From Octopus bimaculoides (lineage: Eukaryota): 37,659 nucleotides of DNA. The notes under the pieces are model-generated. The model had not been told where the DNA came from and did not search any database. It saw only the letters and a program-made list of their open reading frames with translations. Each line of letters begins with the position of its first letter. Within the stretch, counting starts at the first letter, position 1. Below, piece by piece: positions 12,162 to 22,961 of this stretch. The stretch lies in the NCBI RefSeq assembly GCF_001194135.2, contig NC_068986.1, positions 39,722,303-39,759,961 on the forward strand. The letters run 5' to 3'. Both the position numbers and the translations under genes were made by a program.

Positions 12162-12165
<4 letters not shown>
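10752..12165 (-). mobile_element. 5'-truncated R4/Dong-type RLE LINE (element b): RT core/thumb, degenerate CCHC, RLE domain, 3' UTR
   Basis: NYLLYMHDLKLFCK (YMDD motif), FGMDKC, EEYIRMVRKIIKSTLNGPNLEKAVNTW, RLYLPRKEGGKGL, AAHDQAL..CRL..HI.SEC..RHD, LWDFNIQTHRVIEARRPDL..IIDFIVP..KISKYQDL, IPVVIGALG..GTARILRKILGI*. Multiple stops and frameshifts. Confidence 0.95.
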
Positions 12166-12217
<52 letters not shown>

Positions 12218-12232
12218 TTTATTTTTATTATT

Positions 12233-12294
<62 letters not shown>

Positions 12295-12308
12295 TATTAT
12301 CATTATTA

Positions 12309-12381
<73 letters not shown>

Positions 12382-12384
12382 CAT
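12166..12384. repeat. (ATT)n(ATC)n(ATT)n compound microsatellite
   Basis: Read directly from the sequence. Confidence 0.98.
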
Positions 12385-12385
12385 C

Positions 12386-12600
12386 TGTGAGCTGGCAGAA
12401 TCGTTAGCATGCTGGACAAAATGCTTAACAGCATTTCATCTTTACGTTCTGTGTTCAAATTCCGCCGAGGTTCACTTTACCTTCCATCCTTTTCGGGGTC
12501 AGTAAAATAAGCACCAGTTGAGCATCGGGGTCAATGCAATCGACTTCTACCTCCTCTCAAAATTGCTGGCCTTGTGCCAAAATTAGTAACCATGATTATT
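12386..12600 (+). mobile_element. SINE family A, near full length
   Basis: tRNA-like head (gagctggcagaatcgttagc..gttcaaattccgccgagg), body and ATT-type tail. Two further copies are in the window. Confidence 0.9.
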
Positions 12601-12965
12601 ATTCTCGATTATTGATTATTGTCTTCTACACTAATGTCACGTATCGCTTGTGCTTCTGAAGTTGTTTGTTGACAATCCATTGTCTGTAACTGGTTGAAAT
12701 ATCTTAGTATCTCATTACTAGTTATTTTGCTTGTAAGATTGGCGAGGAGCGAGAAGAGCTGGTCAGTTCTCCACCACCACTACCAACGTACACACAGTAG
12801 GTAGGTGAGATTGTAAAACTGTTTTGGCTTGAAATTAAATAAAAAGAACATAGTGTCGATCGTGTTGCCACCAAACAAGCACTCATATTCGATGCTTTTC
12901 AAAAACCAGCCACCAAAAACCAAGTAAAAGATGCAGACACACTAACCAAAATTTATACACTAGAC

Positions 12966-13223
12966 AAACGGTTCTCAACAGGGGTCCACATGACCCTTGG
13001 GGCGGGGGAGCCATATAAGATTTTGTTGTTAAAGTTTATGTGCAATAATTTAGTTATACTTCTACAATGCACAAAATACTAAAAACTTTTTTACATTCCT
13101 ACTAATATATAATTATAAGAAGAGACTAAGATTATTTTATATACAGTGAATGGCTACGGATGTCCAGTCGAGTAATATAAGAATCAAAGGGATCTCTAGG
13201 CAAAAAATGGTTGAGAACCATTA
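12966..13223 (+). mobile_element. hAT (Charlie-like) non-autonomous MITE
   Basis: TIR-like ends ggttctcaac / gttgagaacc with 8-bp flanks cactagac / tcctagat (CTAGA core). Architecture is similar to 35743-36031 in the opposite orientation. Confidence 0.75.
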
Positions 13224-14124
13224 TCCTAGATTATAATTTCAACCGCTTTTTTGCATCATACATCTCAAACGCAAAAGCGTAATTTTAAAGTCTAAAAACC
13301 TTAGGGTCATAAAGAAATCCAAATCGTATACCTAAAACATCTGGAGCTTCAAGGACTTACTATATTCACTAATATCTACAACTTATTTTTACTTTAATTA
13401 TCAAATTTACAGGTTCTGGAAACTGGACAAAACCATTGCAAAAACTGAGAGAAGTAACATCATACAGAGCCATCAGCTTCCGATGCTTCCTCAGAATTTC
13501 TAGAAAGGCTTACCACCGACATCGCGAATCTACATATTCTTTTTCTTAAATCACAGCGCATTCACATTACTATTCTCAATTATCTCATTATTCATACATC
13601 TAACTGAAAATATATGATCGTTTCAACGAAAATCTTACAGACGTACGATTGCAATTAGTATAGACATCAGCAAAATTATTAAATCCATTTGTTACTTTCT
13701 AGTCATACGAAAGATATTCATCGTCATCTTTAGAAACAATACAAATAATTGACTAGTATACTACCTGTCAAGTAGCCAAGCTTATTAGTTAGATGGTCTA
13801 GTGAAATTACCATTATCGAGCAGATTAAAGCATTGTATTTGGCATGAAGTTCCCAAACGGTCTGTTAGCAAATATCAGCCTAGGGATGTTTAGAAATTTA
13901 AAAAATTATCCATTTAAAAATTATTTAAAAGACTAGCATACCCGTGTCGTCAAAAATGCCGACTATTATTAATGATAAAATATAGCGCATCGAAACAATG
14001 GGAGAAACCATTGTTTCGAAACAGTAATTGAGTAAATGTATGCACATACACAGAATTGAGGCACTTGAACAATCAGATACGGTTGTAACGTCTTGGTTGA
14101 AGATATTATCGGCTGTATTGAAAT

Positions 14125-14498
14125 TTGTTGGCACTCCGTCGCTTACGACGTCGAGGGTTCCATTTGATCCGATCAACGGAACAGTCTGCTCGTGAAATTA
14201 ACGTGCAAGTGGCTGAGCACTCCACAGACACGTGTACCCTTAACGTAGCTCTCGGGGATATTCAGCATGACACAGTGTGACAAGGCTGACCCTTTGAATT
14301 ACAGGCACAACAGAAACAGGAAGTAAGAGTGAAAGAAAGTTGTGGTGAAAGAGTACAGTAGGGTTCGCCACCATCCCCTGCCGGAGCCTCGTGGAGCTTT
14401 AGGTGTTTTCGCTCAATAAACACTCACAACGCCCGGTCTGGGAATCGAAACAGCGATCCTATGACCGCGAGTCCGCTGCTCTAACCACTGGGCCTCCA
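14125..14498 (-). mobile_element. SINE family C (tRNA-derived), full length
   Basis: Reverse complement has A box cccagtggttagagc and B box gtttcgattccc, a head similar to family B, a distinct body and a (caa)-type end. Confidence 0.85.
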
Positions 14499-14578
14499 CT
14501 GCATTGAAATAAAAGTTTTAAATCTCGGGATATTTAGACTTTAAGAGAGAATCACTGAACAAAATGTATTTTTTGCAG

Positions 14579-14675
14579 GGGACCGGAGTCAAGGAACTCA
14601 AGGGCAACCCTGGGGCAGTTACATACTCTGGCTACCCTACTGATTTCAGAGGTGCTTGATCGTTATTTCTTGCAG
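14579..14675 (+). other. Possible internal exon (97 bp, phase 2 to 0), unidentified; could instead be repeat-derived
   Basis: Acceptor tattttttgcag|G and donor CAG|gttcgt; open frame GPESRNSRATLGQLHTLATLLISEVLDRYFLQ. No protein recognised. Confidence 0.25.
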
Positions 14676-15394
14676 GTTCGTGCTGATACGATTGTGTTGA
14701 TATTCCTTCATTAACGCTCGAACGTTATATTAAGTGATGTTCTGTATTGTTAGTTCAACTAACAGCTGGTTAAACTTTACCTTTAACCCATCACCTTCTC
14801 TTTGGAATCGATTAAATACCTAACAGTAATTTCCTAGATCGATTCCACTAACTACAAAATTTGGCTTTGAGCTAAGCTGAAAGAAATTAATTTATTTGCT
14901 TAAGATGAACGTTAATCTCTCAGCAATCACGTGATCATTGCAAATACCTCGATAGATCTAGACTAAATGTATACAGTTAAACCTCAGCCATAAAAACAGG
15001 AGTGAACTTAATTCCCTAGTGTCTAACGTTTTCGATGAAATAATTTATATCCTGTCCCAGTCAAAACCTTTCGTGCAGAGGATCAATAAACAGTAGATGT
15101 AATACCTTTGTCGTAAAATCCAGCAGATATTCAAAATATTGCTTTTACGTGTCCTCCTTTGGCTTAATGCTTTTCTTTGTCAGTTAAGTATTATTTATGA
15201 AGTGCTGGCCATTTCTGAAAGCAGATGTTTGATCCAGCATTAGTGTTTGAGGGGCGGGAATAAACAGGGCTGACAACGGTCTTTGCTGAAATTTATGGTA
15301 TATTAGGCACAATTACATTGGCCTATTTAGAATAACGCACTGGGAATTTGTGTGTGTGTGTGTGTGTGTGTGTATTAATACCCCCACTAACACG

Positions 15395-15500
15395 CGATAG
15401 TTAAGAAGTTTGAGCTTCGCAATTACGGCGTCTCGCGTTCGATCCCGCTGCGCAGAATTTTGAGCAAGTGTCATTTTCAATAGTCTTGAGTTGACTCATA
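15395..15500 (+). mobile_element. Degenerate SINE head (family D-like)
   Basis: gttaagaagtttg..gcgttcgatcccgctgcgc..ttgagcaagtgtc..tt.aatag resembles the family D head. Confidence 0.5.
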
Positions 15501-15975
15501 CTTAGTGTGCTAAAAATGGGCAGACAGAAACTGTAGAACTCCATACTCTTTATAATATTTACTAATATATAACTCCAGACAATATTACCGTCCAGCGAAG
15601 CGATCACAGAATTACCATTCAAAGGAATCCACAGAGTGACTGACATCTAATAGTAGTTACGGACGTTAAATACTGATCGACGTGGTTAACCGTAAACAAG
15701 AACTTAACTGTGAGACACCACGGTATCCGCTCGGATAATATATTCCTCCAAACTCACATTTATATATATAATATCCTTTTTAAAAGTAACAGGTAAAATT
15801 CGCTGCAAATCGGATTGGATATCAACTGTCAGTATTATTAATTAATTATTAGCGACGAAAGCTATATTAACATCAAAAGGTAATCTTTATATCCAGCTCA
15901 ACATGTTAAGCCATCAATATCATTATTAGTCAGAAATATAGACCGACTTCGAATGCCATATCAGCTCATGTATGT

Positions 15976-16484
15976 CATTATTCAGTTATATTTCAAGATT
16001 TCTTGCTAATAGAGAATGAGCCGGTTTCTAACCTAGATTCAAGGCTCTTTCATTGAAATTTCAACATCAACAGCATGGTATTTTTGTTTGTTTGTATGTA
16101 TGTATGTATGCATATATGTACGTATGTATGTATGTATGTATGTATGTGTGTGTATGCATGTATGTATGTATGTATACATGCAGATTTGTATATTTTGTTT
16201 TATGTATGTCTTCTTGTGCATATACTTGTATATCTAGACATACTTAAATGATAAACTCCTGGAAAGTTTTACAGATTTTTACAGTTCCAGTGATGGATTG
16301 GATTTGTGGTCTTCGAATTAGCTTTCTCCTTTCTAGTTTTGAGATGCCAAATATCTCAAGAATGGCATTTAGGCAGTGGGTTACGTATCCCAGTGTCCCA
16401 GTAATTATAGGTATAAACCTGAACTTATAATCTGGATAGAGTAACTGCACATTTCCTCAATAGTTCAGTGCAGGCATTCTTTTT
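15976..16484 (-). mobile_element. 5'-truncated RLE LINE, second lineage (element d): RLE C-terminus plus 3' UTR containing (TACA)n at 16093-16175
   Basis: QLLYPDYKFRFIPIITGTLGYVTHCL..QIQSITGTVKICKTF (RLE-type C-terminus). The 3' UTR matches 17902-18010. Flanks are catgtatgt (left) and gtatgtatgt (right). Confidence 0.85.
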
Positions 16485-16627
16485 GTATGTATGTCTGTGT
16501 GCGCGCGCGCGCGTGGTGTAGTATGCTTGTACATGTTACTACGTACAAAACAATGGTTCGGAGAAAATAAATGAGAACTCAATTCTGCTAATAGAATAGC
16601 CATTTAGCATATAAGATAAAAGATCCA

Positions 16628-17028
16628 GCAAATCGACCCCAGGACTTATTTTTTAAGCCTAGCACTTATTTTATCGGTCTCTTTTACTGGACTGCTACAT
16701 TACGGGGACGTCAAGACACCAACATCGGTTTTCAAGCAGTGATGAGGAAGGGAAAAACACAGACACAAAGACAGACACACACACAAAAGCACGCACACAC
16801 ACACAAAAGCACACACACACGCACATACGCGCGCGCGCACACACACACACATACACACACATACGCACACACGACGGGCTTCTTTCATTTTCCGTCTACC
16901 AAATTCATTCACGAGGCTTTGGTTTGTCTGAAGCTATAGTAGAAGACACTTGCACAAGGTGCCACACAGTGGGACTGAATCCGAAATCATCTGGTTGGGA
17001 AGCAAGCTTCTTACCACGCAACCACGCC
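16628..17028 (-). mobile_element. SINE family D, near full length, with internal (CA)/(CG) microsatellite
   Basis: tRNA-like head at 16960-17028, internal repeat at 16757-16870 and 3' body at 16628-16750. Four other partial copies are in the window. Confidence 0.9.
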
Positions 17029-17713
17029 TATATATATAAACTTGTATACATGTGTGCATGTGCATGCATGAGTGGTGTGTGGTGCGGTGGTGGTGGTGGT
17101 GGTATGTGTGTGTGTGTAAACTAAATAAGTAGTTCGGTGTTCTATTTATTGTCTTGCCAAACTTGCTACTCTGATGTTTATACAAAAAAAAAAGAAATAT
17201 TAGAGAAAAACACCACATAAATATATTGTTAGCATAATGAAAAAATAGGAAAGAAAAAAGGCATGCGCATACGAAGTAAACTTCGTTTATCTTGATTGGC
17301 AGTGAAAACAGCTTCAAAATCGAAAATAACTTCTGTTGTTTTGCCCGAAATGCAATGTGCCAGGACGAAGCCTAATTATTTTGCGTGTTTAAAACATATT
17401 TCATTCAGCAGGAGCTTTATCCTGGTGTAAATAGATGCGTGTCTTATTTTTAAAGTAATTGTGCGAAGAGATTTATTGTTAAAAACGTCTATGTCAGGCT
17501 CATTGTAATGTTATGGAAAGACTAATACATTTTAACGAGACCCCCAAGCCATCAATGAACGCCAAAATTAAGCGACTAATGTATTCATATTCCGAAAGTT
17601 GTTTCAAAACTGAATGACTTTTATAGAATTCGATCAATAATCTTTACATTCAGCCCAACATTCTCTCCGTCTCGCTCTCTTTCCCTCTTTCTTTTATTTT
17701 TTTACTCTTTAAG

Positions 17714-17772
17714 ATATCAACAAATATTTCGAATGTCCCTATACAAAATACAGAATATCTGCAGTGTGGAAG
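17714..17772 (+). other. Possible small exon (59 bp), unidentified
   Basis: Long polypyrimidine tract ending ctttaag| and donor AAG|gttggt. All three frames are open, e.g. INKYFECPYTKYRISAVWK. No homology recognised. Confidence 0.2.
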
Positions 17773-17799
17773 GTTGGTTGGTTGGTAGGTACGTCCGTT

Positions 17800-17893
17800 G
17801 TATGTATGTATGTATGTATGTATATATGTATGTATGTTTGTATGTATGTATGTATGTATGTATGTATGTATGTATGTATGTATTCATGTATGT
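17800..17893. repeat. (TATG)n array at the 3' end of element c
   Basis: Read directly from the sequence. Confidence 0.97.
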
Positions 17894-17901
17894 TTATATA
17901 T

Positions 17902-18489
17902 CATTGTTCAGTTTTATTTCAAGATTTCTTGCCAATACAGAAAGAGCCGGTTCCTAACTTAGATTCAAGGCTCCTTCATTGGAATTTCAAAATCAACAGG
18001 ATATTTTTGCTTGTATATCTACGTCACTGTCTATGTGGAAATTATGTGTGCTTGTTATTATTTTTCGGGTTTTCATATCAATGGCTCGGATCTCATCAAG
18101 CGTCCAATCAAGCAACCCAAATATTGGTATGGGTACTGGCACGGCAAACACATTGTGGGCCATTGTTTTATTGAATGCAGAGAGTTCTGAGGTCCAAATT
18201 TTCTTTATTCGGCTGTAATATTCTTTAGTGATATGTGTTTTGTTACAGGTGCCATTGTAAGATCTGTTTTCATCTACCGCTAGATACCTGTAACAATCCT
18301 CGTCAGATATACAGTCAAATCATTGATGAAGATGTTACTAGTCTGGTTCATAGTTTTCCTCCTTTTCACGACCATATAACAACATTTATCCTGACCAAAC
18401 TCCAACTCTACATCCTTCGAGAATGTTGTAACTAGGTCAAGGCTCTTTTTCATCTCATGCATATTCTTTGCATAAAGTTTCAAGTCATA
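17902..18489 (-). mobile_element. Internally deleted RLE LINE (element c): RT core/thumb fused to the terminal 3' UTR
   Basis: YDLKLYAKNMHEMKKSLDLVTTFSKDVELEFGQDKC, then ENRSYNG..KEYYSRIKKIWTSELSAFNKTMAHNVFAVP..FGLLDWTLDEIRAIDMKTRKI..HIDSDVDI, joined at about 18012 to the 110-bp 3' UTR shared with element d. (TATG)n lies on both sides. Confidence 0.9.
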
Positions 18490-18540
18490 CATACATGTAT
18501 GTATGTATGTATGTATGTATGTATGTATGTATGTATATTT

Positions 18541-18660
18541 GGGGAGGGTCATTTTGCCAACAATAAACACACGCATACATTCCGTTTCACTTCTTTTATT
18601 ATTATTTGTTAACTAGTTAACAGTTTAAACAAATAACTAATCGATTGCTAATTGTTCAAT
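18541..18660 (-). repeat. Unclassified dispersed repeat (also 30268-30430 and 32290-32370); possible 5' end of the lineage-c LINE
   Basis: Shared gag(a/g)gtcatt..aacacac(g/t)cac..t(c/t)cactt; copies 1 and 2 also share aactaatcgattg. Each copy ends in a minus-strand ATG reading MTLP. Confidence 0.6.
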
Positions 18661-18889
18661 CAATCAATCAATCAATCAACTACGTTCATCACTTATTGAT
18701 CATAAATGTTCGTAGTCACTAAGTTTAAAGGCTTCATTAGAATATCCAGCATTATGTCTAGATATCTTATTACTGGAAGAAAGCGATATCGTTATAGAAA
18801 TATTCGTAACTTAAGTATTTCTAATTGAATTTGGGTGGCTTGGTAATCTGTGGACATAATGTAAATAAATGTTTATCTCTAGTTCATTA

Positions 18890-19898
18890 TACGAGGTGGT
18901 ATCAAAAAGTCCCCAGACTAGTTCTGTAGCACACCGACAGATGGCAGCACACGCTGGCGTGTGTAGTGAGAGCTAGTAGTTGTCTTAATGAGGCAGTGTG
19001 CCAAGTGACATCACTTTATTTCGCAAGTTGTAAAATTTGTGATTTTGTAATCACGTGTATACTGTAGCCAGCGATTTTGTCATGGACACCTCGTCAAATT
19101 TGCCAAAGATTTCTGTCAGCGTGCCGCTGATGGTCCATCCTTCGTGTTGAGGATCATTACCGGTGACAAGATTTGGGTTCACAGGTACGACCTTGAAACG
19201 AAGCAGCAGTCGTCACAATGAAAGAGGCCTTCATCTCCACGACCAAAGAAGGCACGACAGAGTTGCAGCTCAACCAAGAGCATGTTCATCGTTTTTTTCG
19301 ACATCCACTGTATTTAGCATCGAGAATTCCTACCCCGGGGCCAGATCGTCAATCGAAAGTTCTACTGCGACGTTTTGAAGCGTTTGAGGGAGGTCATTCG
19401 GCGAAAGCGGCCGGATCAGTGGAGCGCGAAGAATTGGATTCTTCACAACGACAATGCACCCTGTCTCCGAGCTGTCCTCATTCGCGAGTTTCTTACCAAA
19501 AACAACATGCCATCGCTTCCGCACCCACCTTAATCGCCAGATTTATCACCTGTGGGTTTCCATCTCTTCCCCAAGATGAAAATGCAGCTCAGAGGTCACT
19601 GTTTTAACACCGTGGTAGAGATCCAGAGTAAATCGCAGAAGGTACACGACTCGCTTACGGTAAACGACTCGCTTACGGTAAACGACTCGCTTACGGTAAA
19701 CGACTCGCTTACGGTAAACGACTCGCTTACGGTAAACGACTTCCAGGCCATATTCCAAAAGTGGCAGGGAGCTGGGACCGGCTTATTGTTGTGCAAGATA
19801 ACTATTTTGAAAGAGATGATGTTAAAACTAAGGTAAATAGGTTATTTTTTTTTTTATTAAACATAACTAAGCCGAGAACTTTTCGATACCACCTCGTA
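18890..19898 (+). mobile_element. Mariner (DD34D) element with both TIRs, N-terminal deletion and pseudogenised transposase
   Basis: TIRs TAcgaggtggtatcaaaaagt..actagtt / aactaag..acttttcgataccacctcgTA. Translation IITGDKIWVHRYDLETKQQS..WILHNDNAP..PHPP*SPDLSP..FPKMK with stops and frameshifts; the HTH-coding region is missing. Confidence 0.96.
19648..19737 (+). repeat. Perfect 18-bp minisatellite, 5 copies of gactcgcttacggtaaac, inside the mariner ORF
   Basis: Five identical adjacent units at 19648, 19666, 19684, 19702 and 19720, in frame (DSLTVN). No spacers. Confidence 0.98.
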
Positions 19899-20557
19899 CC
19901 TCAAACGTGTTTTGTAATAGCAATGATGTTGTTCCTCATCATTCATTGTTCGATTGACACCTTAAACTTATATCAGATACTTACACTTTTGTTGCACTAT
20001 AGCCTACTACACAGGCCACCTGTAAATCTCTCATTTCCTTCATTTCCGTCATTCAGGTAGTTGCATTATTAACTCTGCTTTTCGATGCAGAAGTTTTAAT
20101 TAAACTCACTAATTAGCTAACGTATAAGGTGTTTGTTCACTTAACACTTCAGCATGTTAGAATTTAATTTAATTTTATTTATTAGTCCACTCATTCCAAT
20201 GAGTATTCTTTTTCCCTTTTCATTTCATTTCTTACATTTTCACCGTTTTATTTACTCATTTATTTATCTCCTTCCTATTCGTAACATATGGACCAAGGGT
20301 GACTTACATATGTTTTGGTGTATGTGTCTACTCTCTTCCAGTCTACTTTAACAGGCTTCACTGGATTGAATATCAGACAACAATCGTTTCATGATAATTT
20401 TATCGTTATCACCACTATATCCCTCGACGATTTACCCTAGAAATTTATTGCTAGTAACCCCACTTCACCTATCACACCCCTACACTCCAAACTGCTGTGG
20501 TTTCGCCCTAGCATATATTTATATATTCTTTTCTCATTCCAATTATTACCGTGGCTA

Positions 20558-20745
20558 TCATCATCGTCGTCGTCGTCATCATCATCATCGTCGTCGTCGT
20601 CGTCATCATCATCATTGCCATCATTGTCATTGTTATCATCATCGTCATTCTCATCATCATCGTCGTTGTCGTCGTCTTCGTCGTCATCATCATCATCATC
20701 ATCTTCATCAGCATCATCATCATCCTTGTGGTTGTTATTGTTACT
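20558..20745. repeat. Compound (CAT)/(CGT)/(CTT) microsatellite
   Basis: Read directly from the sequence. Confidence 0.95.
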
Positions 20746-20814
20746 TTTATCCTTTTTCATTTTTTTTCCTGCTCATTGCTCTGTTTCCTCCCGTATTTAG
20801 GACCAAAAAGATCA

Positions 20815-21040
20815 AAAGTCCTTCATGAGTCAGAGGCTCATCAGGTCGGTTTTCCGGATTCTGTGACATATATATTAGGTCGGGACGTCCGTCCGTCGCA
20901 TGATTACTCATTTCTGTCAGCTGAGTGAACTAAAGCAACGTGAAATGAAGTGTTTTGCACAAGAACACAACGCATCGCCCGCTCCAGGAATCGAAACCAA
21001 CGGTCATGAATGCAACAGCCAAGCCACTAAGCACGCACTT
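20815..21040 (-). mobile_element. SINE family B, diverged full-length copy
   Basis: Reverse complement aligns to 7982-8225 (ttactcattt.tgtcagctgagtg.ac..agcaacgtgaa..gaagtgtttt..caagaacacaacgc). Confidence 0.85.
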
Positions 21041-21304
21041 TCAGCCTTCCTCTATAAGCAACGCCAAATACATATTCTTTACACAATGCAAAGAGGCACG
21101 ATTTAACGCAGGCACGATAAAGTGCCACTCTGACATGTTCAGCCATACATATCGCGTAATTTTTCACTCGGAATCTTTTGCATTCAGTGTGAATAAAAAT
21201 GGAGTGCTACAGAAACAATTGTAACAAATATTAAAATATTAAAGTTGTGCTAAAGTTTAATCTTCGTCTTTTTATATTAAAGGGTGGAATTTATAAATAT
21301 ATAA

Positions 21305-21355
21305 ATGTGCGTGCGTGTGTGTGTGTATGTGTGTGTGTGTATGTGTGTGTGTGTA

Positions 21356-21386
<31 letters not shown>

Positions 21387-21425
21387 GTATGTGTGTATGT
21401 GTGTGTGTGTATGTGTGTGTGTGTG
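21305..21425. repeat. (GT)n microsatellite with GTAT interruptions
   Basis: Read directly from the sequence. Confidence 0.96.
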
Positions 21426-22158
21426 TAATGTCATAGTGTTTTATTGAAGTTGAATATCTTCACGAGCACTTACTCTAAGTTTCATGTAACCGATCCTCAG
21501 AGAGGAACAATGGTTTGTAAATTTTGTAAATGGTTTCAAGGCGTATTATTGGACAATATTCAAACACAAATTTAAAGCTGATTGGACCGTGGGCATAATG
21601 ACATTTCAAAAATAAATGGAATCTATTGGATAATACGATTGACCATTGACGAAAAGCAACATAAACATTAATAACGAGCGAAATAAAGTTGAATAAGACG
21701 AATCTCTGTGCTTTGGTACAGGGTAATAATTCTAATATTGGTAGCCGTCATTCCATAAGTTCTCTGTTATGTTTAAGTAAGAAGTGCTTTATCCTATTTT
21801 CAAGGCAATTCAGTTTTAAACCGAAAGTATGAATTATTGAACTACTGCAGACATTTTTCAACTTCTTTTTTTTTCTAAGCCTCTTCTTGCTTCTGCACAT
21901 TGTTACAGCTATTATCATTACTATGTTGGCCATGTTGGATGACTCCTCATTCTAACTTCAATCTATTGATTCGTTCCGACTATGGCGCTCGATTTTTATG
22001 CTATTTTTATACGTCTTTTATAACTTTTATGCGGTTTCTCTTCGACCATGATTATAGGTTATGTATATGATTTTTACTACAGACCTTTTAAGTTTTTTAA
22101 ATTATTACTCCTCAAACTTTTAAAGTCGCAAAGTCGTCCGTTAACTTTGACAAGTTAT

Positions 22159-22161
<3 letters not shown>

Positions 22162-22230
<69 letters not shown>

Positions 22231-22668
22231 CGCGCGCGCGTGTGTATTCGTTTTGTGTGTGTGTGTTCGTTTTGTTTTCATTACACTCAGTAAAATAACA
22301 CAATTGTTTTACTCTTTATTCTCTTCTTTATATCTCTATCTAGTTTCTCTAATACATGCATGCTACTCGTTTCTGCCTCATCTTCTCTCCTGTGTATGTA
22401 TGTATGTGTGTGAGTGTGTGTGTGCATGCGTGCTGCGTACGTGCGTGCATGTATGTATGTATGTATGTATGTATGTATGTATGTATGCATGTATGTATGT
22501 ATGCATGCATGCGTGCATGCGTGTATGTATGTATGNNNNNNNNNNTGCATGCATGCGTGCATGCGTGTATGTATGTATGTATGTATGTATGTATGTATGT
22601 ATGTATGTATGTATGTATGTGTGCATGCGTGTATGTATGTATGTATGTATGCATGCATGCATGTACGT
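22162..22668. repeat. (GT)n(GC)n at 22162-22262 and (TATG)/(TGCA) array at 22392-22668
   Basis: Read directly from the sequence. Confidence 0.95.
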
Positions 22669-22734
22669 ATATTCTCCTTTTATTTGAAATCATCCTCTGA
22701 GAAAGGAGAAGGTTTCTAACAAAGATGTGTATGT

Positions 22735-22800
22735 AGCCGGTGGCATGTAAAAGGCACCATTCGAGCGTGGCCGATGCCAGTGCAGTCTGACTGGCACCCG
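22735..22800 (+). mobile_element. Short fragment of another SINE-like repeat
   Basis: gccggtggcatgtaaaaggcacc..gtggccgatgccag..tgactggcacccg resembles a common octopus interspersed repeat (recognised from memory; single copy here). Confidence 0.45.
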
Positions 22801-22850
22801 AACCTTAGACTTGAGAAAAATCTTGCATATTTTTACTGTTCTTTTTACAG

Positions 22851-22961
22851 ATTGTATTTGTAATGGGCGATTTAAGAAGGTGCTGTGTGAGAAAGACTAT
22901 ATGACATTCGAAGGCAGACTGCACTGATCTCAGGCCTTTGCCTCCTTCAGCTCTTCTTAGG
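22851..22961 (+). CDS. Candidate internal coding exon (111 bp, symmetric phase 1-1), product unidentified
   Basis: Strong acceptor ttttactgttctttttacag|A and donor TAG|gtaaag, length a multiple of 3, and a single open frame CICNGRFKKVLCEKRLYDIRRQTALISGLCLLQLFL in non-repetitive DNA. No homology recognised. Confidence 0.4.

Noticed and set aside
19648-19737. Regular identical repeats resembling a CRISPR array
   Set aside because: The units are contiguous with no spacers, lie inside a mariner ORF, and the context is eukaryotic with no cas genes.
22672-22725. Possible third tiny 3' end of the TACA-associated LINE next to the (TATG)n array
   Set aside because: Similarity is limited to short patches (tatttgaaat..gagaaaggag..ggtttctaac); not enough to count as evidence.
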